64,000 nucleotides of DNA from Nanobdellota archaeon (lineage in GTDB: Archaea; Nanobdellota; Nanobdellia; Woesearchaeales; GW2011-AR4): the NCBI GenBank assembly GCA_038046385.1, contig JBBSWH010000005.1, positions 68,669 to 132,668 of the forward strand. Reading direction: 5' to 3'. Under the pieces are notes generated by a model. It worked only from the letters and a program-made list of their open reading frames with translations. It was not told where the DNA came from and did no database searches. Each line of letters begins with the position of its first letter. Within the stretch, counting starts at the first letter, position 1. The position numbers were made by a program, and so were the translations under genes. Below are positions 10,190 through 19,516 of this stretch, piece after piece.

Positions 10190-10326
10190 GCCGAGGTCGC
10201 ATAGCCTGGTATTGCGGTGATTTCTGAAAAGAAACCGTATGATTGCTAGGCTTACGCTTTTTGGAGTAAGTGTTATAAAAATCCACTGTCCGAAAGGATC
10301 CGGGGGTTCAAATCCTCCCCTCGGCG
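10190..10326 (+). tRNA. tRNA-Ser(GCT) with two introns (29/30: 10220-10240; 37/38: 10249-10280)
   Basis: Acceptor GCCGAGG/CCTCGGC; spliced anticodon arm GTGGA-TTGCTAA-TCCAC; long variable arm; clean bulge-helix-bulge (BHB) at intron 1. Confidence 0.9.
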
Positions 10327-10340
10327 TTTATTTTAATAAA

Positions 10341-10742
10341 ATGGGAGTAGCAACAGAGCTGGAAAAGGGCAAGTATTTTCTTCACAACAACGAGCCTATG
10401 AGGGTTACAAGAAAAGAGGTTGTTGCTGTCGGAACGCATTCACACACCAAGCTCAAGATTTTCTATCAGGGAGTTGAAGGCAGGGGAGAAAAAACAATCA
10501 TACTGGGGCATACTGATAAAGTAGATATTTTGGACATAACAAGAAAACAGGGACAAGTGATATCAAAAAACAACGACAAGGTGCAGATAATGGATCTTGT
10601 TTCGTATGAAGTGATGGAAGCAAAAGCAATTCCTGAAATAATGGATGATTTCAAAGAGGGATTGATTGTGACTTTTATAAATTTCAACGGAGACTGCAGG
10701 ATTGTGGATATAAGGGGAAGCCAGAAAGAAGAACATTCATGA
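10341..10742 (+). CDS. aIF-5A/EF-P-like factor lacking the canonical hypusine lysine
   Basis: KOW + OB architecture (ELEKGKYF...QVIS...VQIMDLVSYE); loop reads AVGTHSH instead of K-[TP]-GKHG; start placed at ATG 10341 because the longer ORF overlaps the tRNA. Confidence 0.75.
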   Translation: MGVATELEKGKYFLHNNEPMRVTRKEVVAVGTHSHTKLKIFYQGVEGRGEKTIILGHTDKVDILDITRKQGQVISKNNDKVQIMDLVSYEVMEAKAIPEIMDDFKEGLIVTFINFNGDCRIVDIRGSQKEEHS

Positions 10743-11230
10743 AAAAAACTAATTCTAAATATATTGTTGTGAAAAAGTCAAAAATCCACAACAACGGGAT
10801 TTTTGCAAAGAAAGATGTGCCAAAAGGAATTAAAGTACTGCAATATGTTGGAGAAAAAATAGACAAGACAGAAGGGGCAAAAAGAGAGGTACTGCAGGAT
10901 AAGCTTGCAGCAAAAAACAAAAAATACGGAGTTGTTTATGTCTTTGAACTCGATAAGAAATGGGACATTGACGGGAGCTTTGAGTACAACACTGCAAAAT
11001 ACATAAACCATTCGTGCAATCCAAACTGCAGGATAAGCATAAAAAACGGGGAGATATGGATAGTGTCAAAGAGAAGGATAAAAAAAGGGGAAGAGATAAC
11101 TTATAATTATGGCTATGACTTCGAAGGAGGAGACCATCATGAATGCAAGTGCGGATGCGGCAATTGCGTCGGGTACATACTTGATGAGGATCACTGGCCA
11201 AAGCTGAAAAGGGCTATTAAGGGGCAATAG
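10739..11230 (+). CDS. SET-domain lysine methyltransferase with post-SET cysteines
   Basis: SKIHNNGIFA, YINHSCNPN, GEEITYNY, CKCGCGNC. Confidence 0.92.
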   Translation: MKKTNSKYIVVKKSKIHNNGIFAKKDVPKGIKVLQYVGEKIDKTEGAKREVLQDKLAAKNKKYGVVYVFELDKKWDIDGSFEYNTAKYINHSCNPNCRISIKNGEIWIVSKRRIKKGEEITYNYGYDFEGGDHHECKCGCGNCVGYILDEDHWPKLKRAIKGQ

Positions 11231-11231
11231 A

Positions 11232-11960
11232 ATGTCAAAAAAAATATCGCTAAAGCAGTATCTTATGAAGACTGGGAAGTTTGCAACAGTTTCCGATGCA
11301 GTTGAGTCAATACAGAAAGGCAAAGTCACATTAAACGGCAAAGCTGTTGTAATCCCTAATTATTTCTTTAATCCGGAAAAAACTCTCGTGAAGTGCGGCG
11401 ATGAGAAAATAAAAAAGGTTTCAAAGCTTTATTTTCTGATGAACAAGCCGGCAGGGTTAATCTGCCAGAAATCAGAGGACGAAAAAACAATTTATGATAT
11501 TTTAAAATCAAAAGTTGATGAAAAGCACGTTAATTCATTGTTTGCAGTCGGAAGACTGGACAAAGACACTGAAGGATTATTGATAATAACAAACGATGGA
11601 AAGCTGGCTGATACTATAATGCATCCTGCGCACGAGATAACAAAAAAATATTTTGCCGTTCTTGAAAAGAATATTGACAAGAAAGACGCAATTGCGCTTG
11701 AAAAGGGAATAATAATTGAATTGGAAGATGAGCCGTACAAGACAAAGCCTGCAAAAATAAGAATTGTGAAAGAAAAAGAAATTTATGTTTCCATAACAGA
11801 AGGGAAAAAAAGACAAGTTAAGAGGATGTTTGAATCAATAGGAAACAGAGTAGTGCATCTGAAAAGGGTTTCAATCGGGGGAGTGTCGCTTGGAAAGATT
11901 GAAACAGGAGAAATAATGCAGGTTTCAAGGGAAGAATTAGTGCAGATGCTTGAATTATAA
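11232..11960 (+). CDS. S4-domain RsuA/RluB-family pseudouridine synthase
   Basis: NKPAG, catalytic VGRLDKDTEGLL, EGKKRQVKRM, LKRVSIG. Confidence 0.92.
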   Translation: MSKKISLKQYLMKTGKFATVSDAVESIQKGKVTLNGKAVVIPNYFFNPEKTLVKCGDEKIKKVSKLYFLMNKPAGLICQKSEDEKTIYDILKSKVDEKHVNSLFAVGRLDKDTEGLLIITNDGKLADTIMHPAHEITKKYFAVLEKNIDKKDAIALEKGIIIELEDEPYKTKPAKIRIVKEKEIYVSITEGKKRQVKRMFESIGNRVVHLKRVSIGGVSLGKIETGEIMQVSREELVQMLEL

Positions 11961-12935
11961 TCAAGATTTTTCTAATTCCAATGGAAACCAATTTACGCTA
12001 TGCTCATATAAGATAAAAATGTCATGATCCACAATAGATTCAGAAAATTTTTCTTTGATATTATTCAATATGGATCTTAAATCCTTCATTGTCTCAACAG
12101 CAAATTCCAGAGCCAGATCATATCTTCCCAATGTCACTGTCGCGAATGTTGCCCTATCATCCTGTGAAGCATAGCTTATCATGCTTTCGAGCATGGAATG
12201 GTTTTTCAGGCTGAAATTAATCTGGAAATGCTGCAGCCCGAGCTTCTCAAAATCTATCTCCAGCACATGCGTTCCAATTATTTTTTCATTTCTTAATTTA
12301 CGAATGCGATATTTGACCACATTTGTTTCTGTTTTAGTTATCTTTGCTAAGTCTATGAGGCTTATACGCGCATTTTTAGCCAATTCCTTTATTATTGCAT
12401 AGTCGATTTCGTCAAGATTTGTTTCTTTCAGCTCCACTGGGTATTTTGTATGCAGCAATTTGCCGTTTTCATAAAAAAACCTAAAGTTAAACCTGTGGAC
12501 AGCAGGCATCGTCAGAATTTCCTGCTCTAGAATATAGTCCCCAAATTTTTCCCTGAATGGGACCAAAAATTTATATAAATCCCTCATGTCCTTTGCGAGA
12601 ATAAGGAATGTGATGTTGTATCTTCCCTCAGTGCTTGCAAAATATGCTATTGATTTGCAATTCTGGATGAAGGAAATAATTTCGCCGTCAATTTTTGGAT
12701 TTGTCTTGTGGAACTTGTAAAACAGCTTATAGTAGAACCTATTAAGGTGTGATATGTTCATTGTTGTTATGAAATTTTTTATATATCCTTCTTCCATGAG
12801 CCTGTTTACGCGAAACCTTGCTGTTTCTTTGGCTATGCGCAGTTTTTTGGCCAGTTCTTTGTAGGGCTGCCTGCTGTTTATGTCAAGCTCGTATAATATT
12901 TTCCTATCCAACAGGTCTAATGAATATTTCTTCAT
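11961..12935 (-). CDS. tandem (double) Lrp/AsnC transcriptional regulator
   Basis: Two repeats of LD.LD..I..EL..N.R HTH, each followed by a RAM domain (GRYN, GRYD). Confidence 0.88.
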   Translation of the reverse strand: MKKYSLDLLDRKILYELDINSRQPYKELAKKLRIAKETARFRVNRLMEEGYIKNFITTMNISHLNRFYYKLFYKFHKTNPKIDGEIISFIQNCKSIAYFASTEGRYNITFLILAKDMRDLYKFLVPFREKFGDYILEQEILTMPAVHRFNFRFFYENGKLLHTKYPVELKETNLDEIDYAIIKELAKNARISLIDLAKITKTETNVVKYRIRKLRNEKIIGTHVLEIDFEKLGLQHFQINFSLKNHSMLESMISYASQDDRATFATVTLGRYDLALEFAVETMKDLRSILNNIKEKFSESIVDHDIFILYEHSVNWFPLELEKS

Positions 12936-13032
12936 ATTATTGGTTAAAATGAAATTTTGTTTATAAATTTTTTCATTTTAATTGTTTTTTGGATAAGAAT
13001 ATTGATATATCTATCAATATATTTACTACTAT

Positions 13033-13890
13033 ATGATGACAGATAGTATAGGAAAAAATGTCAACCTCATAGGATGGATGGACAATTTTTATAGTACTGC
13101 TCCCTGTGAAGTCAGACTGGAAGGGCTTGAGAGCAGGATAATAAAAGCGTCAAATCCAAGCGGGCTGCTTGATTTGTTTAACCCTAATGCAGAAAGGATT
13201 GCGACACTGGGAGAAATAGCCACTGCAAGAGTAATTGCACTTGATTATTTATTTGAAATGGTTCCTAATTTAAGCGATATGTTTGCAATAAGTCATATCT
13301 GCAAACTCGATAGTGTGATTGACATTGACCAAGCAATGCTTGGAAGAATCCTGAAAGCATTTGTAAGATATCCTGAAATATTCGGAATATGGCAGGAAAG
13401 ATTGACTGCATCAACGCATATGGTAAGGGGGATTGATGACAATCAAGATAAAATTTTCTTTGCCGATGGAAATAAATTTGATAGAACTATTGACTACAAA
13501 AAAGCATTGGAAGGAGAATTATCAGATGGTGGAATACGCTATGGCGATGAAACTCTAAGTAATATGGCTGATAAGTCTTACTCCTCTTTATCACTTGCGT
13601 CTTATTTGGATGCAAAAGGCGGAAAATTCAATGGCTCAGAATTATTTAATCATCCAATATTCAAGGCAGCTTTGAATGATGATGCGCTTAGAAGCCAGTA
13701 TGTATTGGCACTGCAGTTGCTTGATTTTGTAAGCATTCATGATGCAGGAAGATATGCACTTTGGCGTCCTGGTGGAATGAAACCAGGATTTGGGAGGCAG
13801 ATATCTCTTGGATATAAAGGCGAGACATTCTATCCGCCGAATAATGACACAGTAGGACATGCTGCACTAGTATTACCAATAAAATCCTGA
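13033..13890 (+). CDS. hypothetical protein
   Basis: 285 aa ORF divergent from the Lrp gene; no recognisable motif. Confidence 0.75.
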   Translation: MMTDSIGKNVNLIGWMDNFYSTAPCEVRLEGLESRIIKASNPSGLLDLFNPNAERIATLGEIATARVIALDYLFEMVPNLSDMFAISHICKLDSVIDIDQAMLGRILKAFVRYPEIFGIWQERLTASTHMVRGIDDNQDKIFFADGNKFDRTIDYKKALEGELSDGGIRYGDETLSNMADKSYSSLSLASYLDAKGGKFNGSELFNHPIFKAALNDDALRSQYVLALQLLDFVSIHDAGRYALWRPGGMKPGFGRQISLGYKGETFYPPNNDTVGHAALVLPIKS

Positions 13891-14002
13891 ATTTAATTTT
13901 TATTCAGCAACCTTTATATGAAGAAAATCAAAGATTTTCTAATATAAAAGTTCGAACTGAGTTCGATACTTTTATAAAACGACTTCTTATACTAAATGCT
14001 AT

Positions 14003-14177
14003 AGCGGGGTAGGGCAGCCAGGAGTGCCCGATGAGGTTGCTTATGAATAAGAAGCAGCCGCGGAAGGCTCATAAGCACATCGAAATGCCTTAGACACCCA
14101 TACCAGCCTCTAAAGCTGGGGTTAAAGGTCGGAAGTTCAAAAACCATTAATTTGGTCTGGAAGTCTTCCCCCCGCTA
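14003..14177 (+). tRNA. initiator tRNA-Met(CAT) with four introns (14034-14065, 14074-14095, 14102-14125, 14142-14163)
   Basis: Spliced: AGCGGGG TA GGGC AGCCAGGAGT GCCC G ATGGG CTCATAA CCCAT AGGTC GGAAG TTCAAAT CTTCC CCCCGCT A; A1-U72 pair and three G-C pairs in the anticodon stem mark an initiator. Confidence 0.9.
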
Positions 14178-14222
14178 CTTTTCTTCACAAAGCTTTTATA
14201 ACAATATCGTTCTACAGCTTTT

Positions 14223-14897
14223 ATGATAATCTGCGGTATTGATGAAGCTGGTCGCGGTCCATTAATCGGCCCTATGGTGATGGCCGGCGTTCTGATAGAT
14301 GAAAAAGACGAGGCTAAATTCAAGGCTATCGGTGTAAAAGATTCTAAACTGCTAACCCCTTTCCAAAGAAAAGACCTATTTGACAAAATAAAATCCATTT
14401 CTAAAAAATACAAGATAATAATTGTGCAGCCTGATGAAATAGATGATGCTGTTTTTGGAAAAGGTGGATTAAACCTAAACTGGCTTGAAGCAAACACTTC
14501 TGTAAAAATACTAAATGAACTAAATCCTGAAAAGGCAATAGTTGATGCTCCGAGCCCGAACATAAAAAAATACACAGAATACATAAGAGAAAAGCTTGAC
14601 AACAAAAAGGTGAAGCTTGTTTTGGAACATAAGGCGGATGTTAATTATCCTGTTGTCGGCGCAGCTTCGATTCTTGCAAAAGTCACAAGGGACAATGAAA
14701 TCGAGAAAATAAAAAAGCAGATTGGAATTGACTTTGGAAGCGGGTACATGTCTGATCCAAAAACGTCTGAGTTCTTGAAAAAACACCACAATAAATTTCC
14801 CGAGATTTTCAGGAAGAGCTGGGCGCCCTATCAGAAGATTGCAGACAAAAAGATGCAGAAAAATTTATCTGATTTCTCCAAATTCATTAAAGAGTAA
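14223..14897 (+). CDS. rnhB: ribonuclease HII
   Basis: GIDEAGRGP, VKDSK, HKAD, AASILAKVTRD, GSGYMSDP. Confidence 0.96.
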   Translation: MIICGIDEAGRGPLIGPMVMAGVLIDEKDEAKFKAIGVKDSKLLTPFQRKDLFDKIKSISKKYKIIIVQPDEIDDAVFGKGGLNLNWLEANTSVKILNELNPEKAIVDAPSPNIKKYTEYIREKLDNKKVKLVLEHKADVNYPVVGAASILAKVTRDNEIEKIKKQIGIDFGSGYMSDPKTSEFLKKHHNKFPEIFRKSWAPYQKIADKKMQKNLSDFSKFIKE

Positions 14898-14933
14898 GAA
14901 AGATTTAAATAATATTAAAAATAGAATTTTTTA

Positions 14934-15485
14934 ATGCACGACATAGTAAAAAGGGATATCCTAAGCGTACTCACCAGATTATCTGAGATAATAAAGATAA
15001 AAAATGATACTGATTTTCTTGAATTAAAAGAGTTGAGCAACCACGTCATACACAATGCGAGCGTTTTCCAGGATGAGGATTCTGTTTCTGTAGCAGTTTT
15101 GATATATGCGCTGTCAAAGATAATAGAGAGGCAGCAGAACTTTGACTATGCGAGGGTCTTTGGCATGGTGGAGTCCTGCATTGCTAATTTATTAAACGGC
15201 AATGACGAAGGATTCAGGAAGTCAATAAAAGAGATATTCAGCTTCATAAGAACTGTTGATAACAAGCTCAGGATGTACATCAACGAAGTCATCAACCAGG
15301 CGCAGATAAAGAAAGGCTGTAAATTGTGCGAGCACGGAATATCTGTCGCGAGAGCTGCTGAAGTGCTTGGAATATCGCAATGGGAATTGATGCATTACCT
15401 TGGAAAGACTATGATTATGGACCAGATCAGCGAGCCTGTTAATGTATCCCAAAGGTTAAAATTTGCAAGAGGGCTGTTTTCATGA
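14934..15485 (+). CDS. hypothetical protein with C-terminal UPF0175-like HTH
   Basis: HGISVARAAEVLGISQWEL; translationally coupled to the PIN-like gene. Confidence 0.7.
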   Translation: MHDIVKRDILSVLTRLSEIIKIKNDTDFLELKELSNHVIHNASVFQDEDSVSVAVLIYALSKIIERQQNFDYARVFGMVESCIANLLNGNDEGFRKSIKEIFSFIRTVDNKLRMYINEVINQAQIKKGCKLCEHGISVARAAEVLGISQWELMHYLGKTMIMDQISEPVNVSQRLKFARGLFS

Positions 15486-16171
15486 AATCAATAATTTTTG
15501 ATGCCGGCCCGATAATAAGCCTTGCAACAAACAACCTGTTGTGGATACTGGACCCACTAAAGAAAAAATTCAATGGAAAATTCTACATAACAGACGCTGT
15601 AAAAAGAGAGCTTGTTGACAAGCCGTTTGAAACAAAAAAATTCAAGTTTGAAGCTATACAGGTTGAGAAGCTTATAGAAGAAGGCGTTATTGATGTCATA
15701 GACAGCGGAATGGTAAGGCAGCAAACTCCGCTTTTGCTCGACAAGGCAAATCAAACTTTCAAGGCATACAAAAATTATATGAAAATAGTGCATTATGCTG
15801 AAATGTCTGTTATTGCTGCAGCCATTGAGATAAAGGCAGACGCCATTGTGATAGACGAGAAAACAACAAGATTTCTTATAGAAGACCCTGAAAACCTAGT
15901 AGAGATATTTAAAAAAAACCTGCACACAAGGATAGACGTAAACGAAAGTAATTTAAAAGAATTCAGAGCATCTGCAAAAGGGGTAAAAACCATAAGATCT
16001 GTGGAGCTTGTGGCAATTGCATTTGAGCACTCGATACTTGACACTTATATGACAAAGCTGCCAAATGCCAGAGCGCAATTGCTGGAAAGTGTCTTGTGGG
16101 GTGTAAAGCTCAACGGGTGCGCTGTTTCAAAAGACGAGATTAGCCAGATAATGAAGCTGGAGTTAAAATGA
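15482..16171 (+). CDS. PIN-like (DUF3368-type) protein
   Basis: IIFDAGPIISL, AEMSVIAAA, IVIDEKTTR. Confidence 0.72.
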   Translation: MKSIIFDAGPIISLATNNLLWILDPLKKKFNGKFYITDAVKRELVDKPFETKKFKFEAIQVEKLIEEGVIDVIDSGMVRQQTPLLLDKANQTFKAYKNYMKIVHYAEMSVIAAAIEIKADAIVIDEKTTRFLIEDPENLVEIFKKNLHTRIDVNESNLKEFRASAKGVKTIRSVELVAIAFEHSILDTYMTKLPNARAQLLESVLWGVKLNGCAVSKDEISQIMKLELK

Positions 16172-17259
16172 TAAAAAAAGAGGAAGATTTTCAGATTGAT
16201 TTTGTAGTGCCGCAGGTGCCTGCATCTACTGCTATTCCTAATTTCTGCGTTGCGATGCTGAAGAACGGCAGCACTGTAAAAGTCGAAGGGACCGTTGAAG
16301 AATTGATTCCTACAATAAATGACTCTGATTTCTGCTGGGTTAACATACAAGTTAGCAATCTGAAAGAAGGCAGCAAGAAAGTATGCTCTTTGCTTGGATT
16401 CAAAACATCAACAATTGATGAGCTGATGTCCCAAAGGTTTTCCGGATATGACGACAATGTCACAGAGCTTGGATTGCTGCTGCCGGCAGTGAAGGTGACT
16501 GAGCTTGAAGTTGAGATAAACCAGCTGATTATCCTGATAAAAAATAACATGATAATCACTATCCACGGCGAGCACGTAACAAGACTTTTAAAATTCGCAA
16601 GATATGCTGTAACTTTCTTCAAAAAAGTTCCAAAAAACCTTGAAGCTACTGACAAGATATCGCTTGTCCTGATAAGAATACTTGACGAGAACAATGAAAG
16701 AAATTTTGACGGGATAAGGTCTATACAGGAGCAGGGAGAGCTGATAAGCAAATACCTTATTGAAACAACCGGCTTCAGGAAGGAGCTTGGAAGCGATATA
16801 TACAAGATGAAGCATGCCTTGATTTCATATCTTGAGGCATTGTGGGCATCGCTTGATGTCATACACTATCTTAGATACGGAGATGCAGAACTTATAACTG
16901 ATGATTCTGTGATATTGCAAAAAGTCGGCATGCTTAGCACAGACTTGACAAGGCAGATTTCCATCAGTGAGCAGATGTCAACGGTGCTTGCATCCGGCCT
17001 TGAAGTGATGCAAAGCATTTACAACAACCAGCTGACTATGCTCAACAACAGATTTTCCATGCTTGCAGTATGGATGGCATTGGTCGGAACTGCATTCTTA
17101 GTTCCAAATACCATAGCAACTGTTTTTGGAACGCCGATTGCAGAGCATCTGGACTGGCACACCCAATTATGGATTATAATTACTTCAACTCTGGCGGCAG
17201 TGCTTATTGTATACTGGCTTATGAAAAGAAAGGGAATATTCCCAAAAATGGAGCAATAA
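16168..17259 (+). CDS. CorA-family divalent cation transporter (atypical signature)
   Basis: Soluble N-domain, stalk helices and two C-terminal TMs; FLVPNTIATVFGT where GMN is usual. Confidence 0.8.
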   Translation: MIKKEEDFQIDFVVPQVPASTAIPNFCVAMLKNGSTVKVEGTVEELIPTINDSDFCWVNIQVSNLKEGSKKVCSLLGFKTSTIDELMSQRFSGYDDNVTELGLLLPAVKVTELEVEINQLIILIKNNMIITIHGEHVTRLLKFARYAVTFFKKVPKNLEATDKISLVLIRILDENNERNFDGIRSIQEQGELISKYLIETTGFRKELGSDIYKMKHALISYLEALWASLDVIHYLRYGDAELITDDSVILQKVGMLSTDLTRQISISEQMSTVLASGLEVMQSIYNNQLTMLNNRFSMLAVWMALVGTAFLVPNTIATVFGTPIAEHLDWHTQLWIIITSTLAAVLIVYWLMKRKGIFPKMEQ

Positions 17260-17290
17260 TAATATAAATCAGCAGGATAACTCAAATAAA

Positions 17291-17395
17291 ATGGAACAAA
17301 ATAATGAGAATGGAATGTCAGAATTGAAGATTGCTGTAACCTGCTTTATTGCCATTGTAATAATAATAATTGGGCTTGCATTAATCATCAAATAG
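17291..17395 (+). CDS. putative 34-aa single-TM small protein
   Basis: MEQNNENGMSELKIAVTCFIAIVIIIIGLALIIK*; below the ORF track cutoff. Confidence 0.4.
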   Translation: MEQNNENGMSELKIAVTCFIAIVIIIIGLALIIK

Positions 17396-17452
17396 GGATT
17401 TCTTCAGCATGGTTCAGTTAATTATATAAATAACAATAATCAAAGCTAGCAC

Positions 17453-18121
17453 ATGGATGTCTTTGACTGCATAAGAACAAGAAGATCTATAAGGAGATAC
17501 AAAGAGAAGGATGTCCCTTGGGATAATATTGTGGAAGTTCTCCAAGCCGGCAAATACGCGCCTTTTGCAGGAAATATTCTTCCTTGTAAATTTGTTGTCG
17601 TGAAGAATGAGGCAAAAAGAAGGAGCATTGCTGAAGCGTGCTTGCAGCAGCACTGGATGCAGGACGCCTCTGTGCATATTGTAGTTGCTGCAGAGCCGGA
17701 AAAGATTGAAAGGTTTTACGGCACACGCGGAACACGGCTGTACATGGTGCAGGGAATTGCAGCTGCGATTGAGAATATGCTGCTTACTGCGCATTCGCTT
17801 GGCCTTGGATCCTGCTGGGTCGGCGCCTTTGATGAGGATGAAATTAGAAGATTGTGTAATTTACCCGAGCATGTTGATGTTCATGCTATTGTCACAATAG
17901 GCTATGCGGATGAAACGCCTCAAATGCCGCCAAAGTACAGAATTGAGCATACGATGTTCTTTGAGAGATGGTGGGGCAGGCAGGAATCTCCCAAAGGCGG
18001 GCTTGGTGAATGGAGCCCGGTGTTCAAGAAGGCTGCTACAGAAACTTCTAAAATTACTAAGAAGCACTCTAAGGGAATTGTCCACAGGATAAAAGAGAAG
18101 TTCAAGAAGAAGAAAGAATAA
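17453..18121 (+). CDS. nitroreductase family protein
   Basis: RRSIRRY, APFAGN, ENMLLTAHSLGLGSCWVG. Confidence 0.92.
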   Translation: MDVFDCIRTRRSIRRYKEKDVPWDNIVEVLQAGKYAPFAGNILPCKFVVVKNEAKRRSIAEACLQQHWMQDASVHIVVAAEPEKIERFYGTRGTRLYMVQGIAAAIENMLLTAHSLGLGSCWVGAFDEDEIRRLCNLPEHVDVHAIVTIGYADETPQMPPKYRIEHTMFFERWWGRQESPKGGLGEWSPVFKKAATETSKITKKHSKGIVHRIKEKFKKKKE

Positions 18122-18242
18122 AGTTTTTTGATTATTTTCTTTAATATTAATTTTTAATTATATTTTATTGAATTTTATTTTTTAATGTTGTTCGTTATTG
18201 ATTTTTTGTTAATGTGTTTCGTTTATTGAGTCGTTTTTATTT

Positions 18243-18286
18243 TTCCGTCCCTTCGGGACAAAAGTTACGCTCGCTGCATTGCTCGC
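18243..18286. repeat. intergenic double-hairpin repeat, copy A
   Basis: ttccGTCCCttcGGGACa...gctcgctgcattgctcgc. Confidence 0.7.
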
Positions 18287-18451
18287 CTATTAATTGTAAA
18301 AATGTAGAATTATTTCTATGCTCTAAATAAAAAAATTGGGGCTCGTTGCCGAGCCACCGCTTGCCTTCGTCATTAAAACGTTGGGGGTGGTTTTCTTAAC
18401 GAAGGCAAAGAAACAATCTCACCACAAAGACTTGTGGGTGAATGTGAGTTT

Positions 18452-19516
18452 TTACCTTACCAGTTCTATTCCTAATTCTTCGCTTACAGCTACAGCCGCC
18501 TTTGAAGGCCTTGCATGATCAACCTTGCCAAGAACCCAGGGGCTCTTGACTCCGGTGATTATTGTCATGACACTGATCTTGCCTTTCATGTCTTCTGAAA
18601 CTCTTGCACCCCAGATGACATTTGCTTCTTCGTCAAGAGACTCTGTGACAAGCTCTCCGACTCTGTTGATATCATCAAGTGTCATATCAGGCCCGCCGGT
18701 TACGTGAATCAATGCGCCGGTTGCGCCAGTGTAGTCAACTTCAAGCAGTGGATTGGCTAAAGCGCCTCTTACAGCTTCTTCCACTCTGCTGTTAGTATCG
18801 GACATTCCGACTCCGATTACTGCAACCCCGCCGTTTTGCATTATTGCCTTTACATCAGCATAATCCAGATTGACAAGTGAAGGAACCGATATAGTTTCCA
18901 CTATTCCTTTGATCATTGTTGAAACAAGCTCGTTTGCAACAGCAAATGCCTGCTGTATTGGCAGATTTCCTGCAATCTGAACAAGCCTGTTGTTGTCAAT
19001 AACTATTACTGTGTCAGTTACCTGCCTTAGTTTCTGCAATCCGTATTCTGCTTTGTCAATTCTTGCGCGCTCTATCTTGAACGGCATTGTGACAGCTCCA
19101 ATTACGATTGCGCCTGATTCTTTTGCAAGCTGTGCAGCAATAGGTGCAGCTCCTGTTCCTGTTCCGCCGCCCATGCCTGCGCAAACAAAGACCATATCAG
19201 CTCCTTTTAAGCTGTCTTTCATTTCTTTCAAGGATTCCTTTGCAGCTTCAGCTCCCTTTTCAGGATAGCCACCGCAGCCTAATCCCCTTGTAACACTTTT
19301 CCCAATGAGGAATTTTTTATCAGCGTCAATTATGTTCAAATGCTGCTTGTCTGTGTTGCAAGCAATTATTTCTGCTCCCTGTATTCCTTTTTTATAGAGC
19401 CATCCCACAATATTGTTGCCAGAGCCGCCAACACCAATAACTTTGATGTTTGCCTGTCCTACTTCAAATGTCTGTGCTGCCACAGGTTGCGTTATCTCTC
19501 CAAATCTGATGTCCAT
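18452..19516 (-). CDS. ftsZ: cell division protein FtsZ
   Basis: GVGGSGNN, tubulin motif GMGGGTGTG, NLDYADV. Confidence 0.97.
   Translation of the reverse strand: MDIRFGEITQPVAAQTFEVGQANIKVIGVGGSGNNIVGWLYKKGIQGAEIIACNTDKQHLNIIDADKKFLIGKSVTRGLGCGGYPEKGAEAAKESLKEMKDSLKGADMVFVCAGMGGGTGTGAAPIAAQLAKESGAIVIGAVTMPFKIERARIDKAEYGLQKLRQVTDTVIVIDNNRLVQIAGNLPIQQAFAVANELVSTMIKGIVETISVPSLVNLDYADVKAIMQNGGVAVIGVGMSDTNSRVEEAVRGALANPLLEVDYTGATGALIHVTGGPDMTLDDINRVGELVTESLDEEANVIWGARVSEDMKGKISVMTIITGVKSPWVLGKVDHARPSKAAVAVSEELGIELVR

Noticed and set aside
10239-10340. N-terminal extension of the aIF-5A-like ORF
   Set aside because: It overlaps tRNA-Ser; the real start is ATG 10341.
16191-16862. Long antisense ORFs (also 34927-35421, 14147-14605, 36380-36799 and many shorter ones)
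   Set aside because: They are shadow frames opposite well-supported genes, with Ser/Phe/Leu-rich composition mirroring Lys/Glu codons.
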